Assembly: GCA_051362555.1 (NCBI GenBank)
Contig: CM120641.1
Span: 44,770,401 to 44,834,400, forward strand
Direction of reading: 5' to 3'
DNA length: 64,000 bases
Source: Lingula anatina
Lineage: Eukaryota; Animalia; Brachiopoda
The translations under genes and the position numbers were made by a program. Positions 56,501-64,000 of this stretch are shown in pieces (positions within the stretch are counted from its first letter, which is position 1; the number at the start of each line of letters is the position of its first letter). The notes beneath the pieces are model-generated. The model worked only from the letters and a program-made list of their open reading frames with translations. It made no database searches and was not told the origin of the DNA.

Positions 56501-59341
56501 AGGAATTATGGGAAAAATTTCTACAGACGGCTTTCCAAAAGTCATATGTGTAGATTTCAAATATGCCCTTGGATTTGACCTTTGACCTTTATTTCAAGGT
56601 CAAACGGGCAAAAATTTTCAAAAAAATGAATTTTTTTTCGAAAAAAAATTTATTTGCGCTGTTATTCAGACACCACACAGACTTAACCAATAATATTATT
56701 GGAAAATGTTACCCTTCAGGTCATCTTTCATTTGTGTGAATTTGGGGTCAATCGGTGCATTTTCACGGGTGTAGCGGCCATAAGATACCGAAACTGAAAA
56801 CTGTCTCTAATTTGGGAACCGTTAATGCTACAGACCCATTCTTTTTTGCATTTTGTAGAGCATGTAAAGCCCAACACTGGAGGTGGTCTCCGTTTTTTTG
56901 TATTCCATACGGTTTTCGAGTTATGCTGTATCAAAAAGTACATATTGGTGGTGAAAGCAAAATGTGCAGTACGGTAATGGATAATAAATTTTGAACTCCG
57001 GAAAAATAAAACATAAGGCTTGGCAAAGCAGACAACTTGTGGTCAAAAATGACATTATTTCATCAAATTTGAACTTCTGGAACTTCAGAGCACCTCCCAT
57101 TTCAAGAATTTTGACCAAAATGACCTTTTCTTTATTTTAATTAATTTTTTCTGTAGGAAATTTATGGCACATTAAGGTAACTCCGAAATTATAACATTTA
57201 GTCCCTTATATCTCCAAAACTGGCAGAGATAGGTCCATAGTTACTATTGAAGTTGAATAGGAAGTCATGTACTGGCAATCTTACTGTGACCTTGAAATTG
57301 ACCTTTGACCTACTTTTCACCATGAACTGAACTTTGGAAATTTTGCTTCCCTTTTATTTCCAAAACTAGCAGAGATAGGTCCATAGTTACTATTGAAGTT
57401 GAATAGGAAGTCATATACTGGCAATCTAAATGTGACCTTTAAATTGACCTTTGACCTACTTTTCACCATGAACTGAACTCTGCTAATTTCTTTCTCTTTT
57501 AACTCCAAACCTGGCAGAGATAGGTCCATAGGTACTATTGAAGTTGAATAGGAAGTCATATACTGGCAATCTAAATGTGACCTTGAAATTGACCTTTGAC
57601 CTACTTTTTATCATGAATTGAACTTTGCAAATTTTGGTTCCCTTTTATCTCCAAAACTGGCAGAGATAGGTCTATAGTTACTATTGAACTTGAATAGGAA
57701 GTCATATACTGGCAATCTTACTGTGACCTTGAAATTGAGCTTTGACCTACTTTTCACCATGAACTGAACTTTGCAAATTTTGCCTCCCTTTTATCTCCAA
57801 AACTGGCAGAGATAGGTCCATAGTTTCTATTGAACTTGAATATGAAGTCATATACTGGCAATCTAAATGTGACCTTGAAATTGACCTTTGACCTACTTTT
57901 CACCATGAACTGAACTTTGGAAATTTTGCTTCCCTTTTATTTCCAAAACTAGCAGAGATAGGTCCATAGTTACTATTGAAGTTGAATAGGAAGTCATATA
58001 CTGGCAATCTAAATGTGACCTTTAAATTGACCTTTGACCTACTTTTCACCATGAACTGAACTCTGCTAATTTCTTTCTCTTTTAACTCCAAACCTGGCAG
58101 AGATAGGTCCATAGTTACTATTGAAGTTGAATAGGAAGTCATATACTGGCAATCTAAATGTGACCTTGAAATTGACCTTTGACCTACTTTTTATCATGAA
58201 TTGAACTTTGCAAATTTTGGTTCCCTTTTATCTCCAAAACTGGCACAGATAGGTCCATAGTTACTATTGAACTTGAATAGGAAGTCATATATTGGCAATC
58301 TAAGTGTGACCTTGAAATTGACCTTTGACCTACTTATGATCATGAACTGAACTCTGCTAATTTCTTTCTCTTTTAACTCCAAACCTGGCAGAGATAGGTC
58401 CATAGTTACTATTGAAGTTGAATAGGAAGTCATATACTGGCAATCTAAATGTGACCTTAAAATTGACCTTTGACCTACTTTTTATCATGAATTGAACTTT
58501 GCAAATTTTGGTTCCCTTTTATCTCCAAAACTGGCAGAGATAGGTCCATAGTTACTATTGAACTTGAATAGGAAGTCATATATTGGCAATCTAAGTGTGA
58601 CCTTGAAATTGACCTTTGACCTACTTATAATCATGAACTTAACTCTGCTAATTTCTTTCTCTTTTAACTCCAAACCTGGCAGAGATAGGTCCATAGTTAC
58701 TATTGAAGTTGAATAGGAAGTCATATACTGGAAATTTACTGTGACCTTGAAATTGACCTTTGACCTACCTTACAATGAACTTAACTTTGATTGTACCATT
58801 TTAAGTTATATATATATTTTTTTTGCGTATTTTGAAAATTCTTGTTGATTGCATTTTTACAATTTGTCAAGCATAAGACTAGTGGCTGTGTCCCTTATTT
58901 TGCGTATGTGGGGGTCTATACGAATGCGCTTGCTCCAGCTGGTGGTACAATATTCGGAGGCGGTATCGCCTCTCTGATCCTCTAGTTTATAATATCGTTT
59001 GTTGTATTTCAGATATACTTGATTTAAGTTATTTGAATAAATATTAGACTACAGCCAGCATTTATGTCTGCAGTCGAATTTAAAGCAAAGTGCACGTAAT
59101 TGAAAAAGCATGGTAAATAGAATCAATCACTTTCCATTAACAGCATGTTTATAACTCAACTACTATTTTCTTAAAGTAAACTCGACTGTTGATTTTGATG
59201 GTTTGCTTACAGGCGATGTTCAGCAGTACCAAACTACGCTCTGACACCTTCAAGGGATCTTTGACGTCCATGGCTGTCCTACCACTGAACAGAATGTTAC
59301 TGTTAGGAGCAGACAATGGTAGTATCAAATTGCTCTGCTGA
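38201..59341 (+). CDS. WDR81: WD repeat-containing protein 81 (BEACH + WD40 endolysosomal regulator), about 28 exons
   Basis: Exons include 38201-38287, 39253-39437, 40221-40380, 40632-42170, 42361-42546, 43245-43306, 43537-43699, 44082-44266, 44618-45840, 46133-46351, 46539-46677, 47148-47267, 47518-47818, 48010-48201, 48482-48602, 48863-49006, 49721-49765, 50748-50966, 51396-51466, 51927-51986, 52207-52327, 52746-52848, 53241-53372, 53872-53934, 55270-55409, 55511-55613, 55963-56063 and 59213-59341. BEACH motifs [46 protein letters not shown] and [12 protein letters not shown]. Also [14 protein letters not shown]40 repeats and the C-terminus [14 protein letters not shown]. Confidence 0.96.
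49569..49642. repeat. (TTTA)n microsatellite
   Basis: Direct reading. Confidence 0.85.
50987..51035. repeat. (CT)n microsatellite
   Basis: Direct reading. Confidence 0.9.
52346..52497. mobile_element. Short MITE-like repeat, with related degenerate copies at ~47290-47422 and (inverted) ~5749-5850
   Basis: CAGGCAGATCCAG...AATCCGCCCCTG ends and a shared core GGTCTTCCAAATT...GTAAACTTGAAA...GAAGACCCAGAAGA. Confidence 0.55.
53467..53514. repeat. (AAAT)n microsatellite
   Basis: Direct reading. Confidence 0.9.
56217..58987 (-). mobile_element. Helentron/HINE-like element carrying a satellite array, in the last WDR81 intron
   Basis: Perfect 15-bp asymmetric inverted repeat TATTGTACCACCAGC (56219-56233 / 58938-58952). 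Terminal hairpin at 56222-56251 with an adjacent CCGTT/CCGCCGGCT microsatellite. The other end reads AACTAG on the minus strand. Confidence 0.8.
57200..58790. repeat. Tandem satellite, about 11 monomers of 145-146 bp
   Basis: The anchor CAGAGATAGGTC recurs at 57224, 57370, 57515, 57661, 57807, 57953, 58098, 58244 (one mismatch), 58389, 58535 and 58680. Confidence 0.95.
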
Positions 59342-59420
59342 CCTGGATAATTAAAAGTTCAAGGTCATCTAGGACTTAAAGGTCAAGGACGTCTAGACTT
59401 GTAACTGCTTGATACACTGT

Positions 59421-59535
59421 ATGGATGAAAATGTTGAAAGATAAGTCAATGAACAAAAATATGAATGACAATGTTAAAAGATAAGTGAATGAACAAAAAT
59501 ATGGATGAAAATGTCAAAAGATAAGTGAATGAAAA
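59421..59535 (+). repeat. 40-bp minisatellite, about 3 copies, in the WDR81 3' UTR
   Basis: ATGGATGAAAATGTTGAAAGATAAGTCAATGAACAAAAAT-like units start at 59421, 59461 and 59501. Confidence 0.85.
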
Positions 59536-61149
59536 AAAAAAATTATTCATTGAAAAGGAAACTTTTGTCTGGATCTTAAATTCAGATCACTTCTTCATGG
59601 CCCTACTGTGCTTCAGCTGTGGCTGAATGTAGTTTGTCATTGATAGTCTGAATTTAAAGCAAAGTGATAATAAGCAAGAATTGTGTATTATGGTCTACCT
59701 GCATGTGGCAGTCATGGTCAATTACTATAGCTAGGACTTAATTGTTGTTATATTGATATTTTCAAAGATTTACAAATTTACACTGAAATACATCCATAAT
59801 CAGTGTTTTTATCTTGGAACCATGGGAAATTAAAACATTGAAGCTAATTTTGGTGAAATGCTAAATAAGGAATCAGTTTGATTTTGAAGAGATGTTATGT
59901 GGCAGTAAATGAATGGTGTGGTATTATGGTGCTAATTTTAATAGGAAAAAAATGTTTAGATTCATTAGCTGTCTTTATGGTGCCCATAGTATTTGATGTA
60001 AATATAGATATATGTACAACTTAATATTGTAAAAGTTTTATTACTACAGTGTAAATTGTATTTTTAATTTATTTCGTAAATTATTTCTTTCATTTCCATA
60101 TAAGATTGAAATCATGATGTTAATACTCCAATTAAGGCTATAATATTAATTTCGCTTTTTCAAATTGTTCATTTCTTAGGAAAGGCAATTAGACTGAGGT
60201 TTGTCATTCCAGTTGTTTTGTATCCCAATGATATTGCCTCATTTGCAAGAAAGTAAAATGGATATCAGACCTGTTTATGGGGTGCACAAACAAATCCTGT
60301 CAGAGGTCTTTTGCCTACATTGCATCGCTGTTAATCTTTGGAATATTTTGAACCTCCGGCATAATACATTATCTACCATCTGATGTTTGGAATGTGTCAC
60401 CATGCAGTTGCATATATATATAAACCCTGGTTATGTTTCATTGTATATACTATGTTCAATATCTTGATTTTAATACTCTCTATGAATGTTACTGCACTGT
60501 CACAATGGTTTTCAAGAGGTAATTAAGAGCAAATATTATCAGATTCTATGACTTTATTTTGTTACTTTGGATATAAAGGTTAATACTGTATAACTGATCC
60601 AAGACCAGTAGTTATCATTGTTGCTTTTAAAAACTTACCTCAAACAAAAGAGGATCATGGTACAGCGTCCTGCCCATCTTCCCCTTTTAAAACAAAATAG
60701 CAAATCCATTACCCCACCCACCCAACATTCTCTAAAGGTGAGAAAAAAGGCACACTGATCATAAACATGTTTTACAATTACATACTGCAGTATGCCCCAA
60801 ATCATATCATTTTAACAACCCTGCATAGTGGGAGAGGAGGATTGTTGGTGGGGTAAAGAATTGGCATTTTCAACTTTATAGGCAATCCTTTGGGTTTGTT
60901 GGTGCATAAAATGAAGAAGTAAATGGCTTACATAATTTATTGTCAGTAGACATTCCATTTGTTTCAGTTTTCCCTATGATTATACATTCAGCGATTAGTT
61001 AATTTGTCAGCGAATTGTGAAGCAAGATATACATGTTAATACATATCAGTACGTATATATTTGTATGTGTGTTAGATTTTATGTGATTAAAAATCAATTT
61101 ATCAGAATGGAGGATCAAGGAGAGTTAAAGAAATTAATAAACAGCCCGA

Positions 61150-61952
61150 ATTTGGCCTAACCTTGTCTTTAATTATTACTGATATCATTTTTCACTATCA
61201 TTGATTAGGTACCTTATTGAAGATTGCTGCTGATTATACTGTGAAGCATTATGTAATATTGCATCAAAATTAAAGAAAACCCTGTTCTGGGCACTATTGC
61301 CATAATTATTCTCAAAGTTACAGAAAAGATTAACCAGAGTGAAATGCAGATTGAATTGGAAAAACAGCCCGATTTGATTCTTATTTGGGAGTAATGCAGT
61401 TTTTGTGAAATGTTCATTTTTCACGTTGGCATTTTCAATGTGGGACTTCCCACGAGCATGGTAGTTATACATTTTCTGAATGTCCATGGTATGTATAGTA
61501 GATAACTAAAAAAATGGTATTTATTATTCAGTTAATCAGCATGTAATATTGCTTCAAATGGACAAAAAAAATCTATTTTGTGCACTGCCACCCAAATGCT
61601 CGGAAAGGAAAACAATTTTGTTTTCTAACTTACAAGAACAATCCTTAGGATTGAAATACAGTTCAATTTGTTAAACCAGCTTGATAGGATTATTTTTTGT
61701 TGAGTTTATGTAATTTTGTGAAATTTTCATTTTTCTCATTCTGGCATTTTCAATGTGTGAACTCTCCTGCGCCCGAAGCCTATGCTAGCTACATGTTCTT
61801 GATATCCAGACCGTGTTACCTGTTATGCATATATTTAAATTTTGGTGTTGATTTTACTGTAAAGCAATATATAAAATTGCATACCATTGACTAAAAAACC
61901 TATTGTGTGCATTATATTTTGCCTTTATGTCTTTACATTTAACAGCTTTGCT
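61150..61952 (-). mobile_element. Degenerate inverted fragment of the 19158-21357 element family
   Basis: TTTTCATTTTTCTCATTCTGGCATTTTCAA (~61725-61753) and ACAGCTTTGCTG (~61942-61953) are reverse complements of the 5' part of that element. Confidence 0.65.
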
Positions 61953-62089
61953 GAATAATGAGCGCTATGAAATTTTGTTGCCTGTGAATTTCACAAAAAG
62001 TTACAATACTGAAATGGTTTTAGAAGAAAACAGATTAAGGAGTGGGTATTGTCTGCGGCAAGAGTTTAAAACAAAACTGATAATCCTTT

Positions 62090-62560
62090 TGCTACTGCGC
62101 GGATTGCAAAACATTTCCAGATCGTAGTAGTACGGTATTGACCCATTAGAGCCTGCGTCATCAAAACAAACGGCAGCCATACTGGAGGGAGACCGGAATC
62201 GTCTGCTGCGCATGAACAAGCCATGTCTGTAGTTCAGTTTTCGTTTTCTGTATTTATTTTCATATATAACCGAGCAAAATGATGAATTACTGCAGGGTAT
62301 TTGATCGAGAGAAGGTAACTTACTTTACAAGCGTTCTCAGACTGCCTGCAGTGGTAAAAATCCATGTTGAAGGAACTAAAACCATAAACGGAGGAGAGAC
62401 GGCGAGGTGGCTTTGAATCAAGACTCTTCGGAAAAGTAAAGGATAAAACTAATTTATTTTATAGCAAAGAATGAAGAGCCAACTGTGCAGATTTACCATA
62501 AAAGAAAAAACAGTAGAACACCAAAGACCTAGGTGTGTACGTTTGGGGCGCACGTGTATA
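62090..62560 (+). promoter_or_regulatory. CpG-retaining island, possible promoter/first exon of a further gene
   Basis: Local CpG enrichment, TGCGTCA and TGCGCATG motifs, and candidate donors AAG|gtaact (~62315) and TAG|gtgtgt (62533). No product is identifiable. Confidence 0.35.
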
Positions 62561-64000
62561 TTTAAAGTAGTGCCCAAAAAGTGTGGATGGAGAGTGTGTT
62601 AATTTGTTAAAACCTGTGGAAATACCCAGGCAGTGTTTCGACTTTTATAATGAAGACTCACCTATTGCCTTGGGTGTAATTTGTTATCAGTTACGGTGCT
62701 CTCTAGATTTTATCGGCTGTCACCTACCTCTTTTATACCTGGTTAGCATTATTCCCAATTAGTGTCAAGGCTATATTTGTACTGTACACAGCTGAGCTGG
62801 GCCAATTAAATCAATTACCTGTATGAAGAGTATTTGGAAGTTAGTGGCTTAATTTTCGATTTGGTGTAGTGATAAGAGTAATTTTATTTTGCAAGTAAAT
62901 TCTACCTCAGGTGTAATTGACATATAACTTTAATAACCTCATGAAATAATTTTGCACTTTCTTCTCTAAAAAAGTTAAATTCTGCTCCTTTTAACTGTAA
63001 TGTTGTAAGTTATAATATGAATAAAAAACACTATTGTTATCTTTCTATTAATTTAGATTTACATGTAGGAAATTGATCAGGCATTTCCCACCAAGCCACA
63101 CTGATTGGGTGCAAGTAAATTATTAAAAAAAAAAACAAAAAAAAACGGAAGCTTTTGATGACAGGTACAAAAGGCAGCTAGATGACACACAAGGTAGAAG
63201 CAGCAAAAAATATTCCTAGATCTCTGTGACCAGCTGAGGAGACAGGATCTGAACATCAGGAGAGTGAAATCCAGTGCATGACAGGAGTTATTTAATTGAA
63301 GTGACACTCAGAACTCAGCATTTCATGTTCACTTTTATTCATACAAAATGTGCACTTTTCCTATATGTTTAAGCAAATGGTTGCAGAAATCAATTCATGA
63401 ACTGAATTATTATTTTACATTGGACATCATAAATACATGATTGTGAAAAATGCCTTGCTTCTGTGAATGACTGAATAATAATAAAATCCTAACAATGTTG
63501 CTTATATGAATGGTTGCATTCATGGTGAATATTAAACTCTCTCAAACAACAGTCTCGTTACATGTACATTCTAATGAACCAAAATGAAGTACAAGAATGC
63601 TGAAATAATTTAAAAAGTTGATGATGGTATAGAGCAAATGTTCTGCATACTTTACTTCTGTACTGTATAAACAATAGCATCTGAAAATCCCCAATATAGT
63701 TAGGCTTTACATTTAAAAAAAGAGAACAACAAATACCTGATATTGCAGTTTAAAAGTAAATTTAAAATACATGAATTTTGTTCACTGAATACCTAGCAAA
63801 ATATTCTCAATGCAAATGGTATATAAAATTTTATAAAATCAGTTTGATACAATACTTTTTATGACAGTAGATGTATTTTGAAAACTTATTTACAACACAA
63901 CTCACCAGCTTTATTTTGATACAAAGGACACGTCTTTTTCATCATTGACATAGTTTCTATTGCTCCATTGATATCAAGTGTATAGTCCCATGGCAAATTC

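Noticed and set aside
57200-58790. Regular repeats as a CRISPR array, and the four ~80-aa repeated ORFs as genes
   Set aside because: The units are contiguous 145-146-bp monomers with no unique spacers. The context is eukaryotic with no cas genes, and the ORFs merely follow the repeat period.

Overview
This is AT-rich, intron-rich eukaryotic DNA from an invertebrate, probably lophotrochozoan or mollusc-like (inferred from gene content and repeat types). Reading splice sites by hand gives six protein-coding loci: HGSNAT (-, 2124-12814), an intronless 409-aa ORF of unknown function (-, 14806-16035), a 4-exon 86-aa gene missing from the ORF track that resembles complex I subunit NDUFA3 (-, 17761-26434), GFER/ERV1 (+, 26499-29354), ANKEF1 (-, 30501-35869) and WDR81 (+, 38201-59341). 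Introns hold several MITE families and Helentron/HINE-like elements carrying satellite arrays. The top finding is that HGSNAT has two intact, diverged 108-nt copies of the exon encoding its catalytic His (9497-9604 and 8715-8822), which differ mainly in the charged residues around that His. The intron between them can fold into two adjacent long-range hairpins. This suggests RNA-structure-controlled, mutually exclusive splicing that swaps the active-site loop. The second finding is that the NDUFA3-like and GFER start codons are only 64 nt apart, around an NRF1-like site. All protein identities come from recalled motifs, and no database searches were run.
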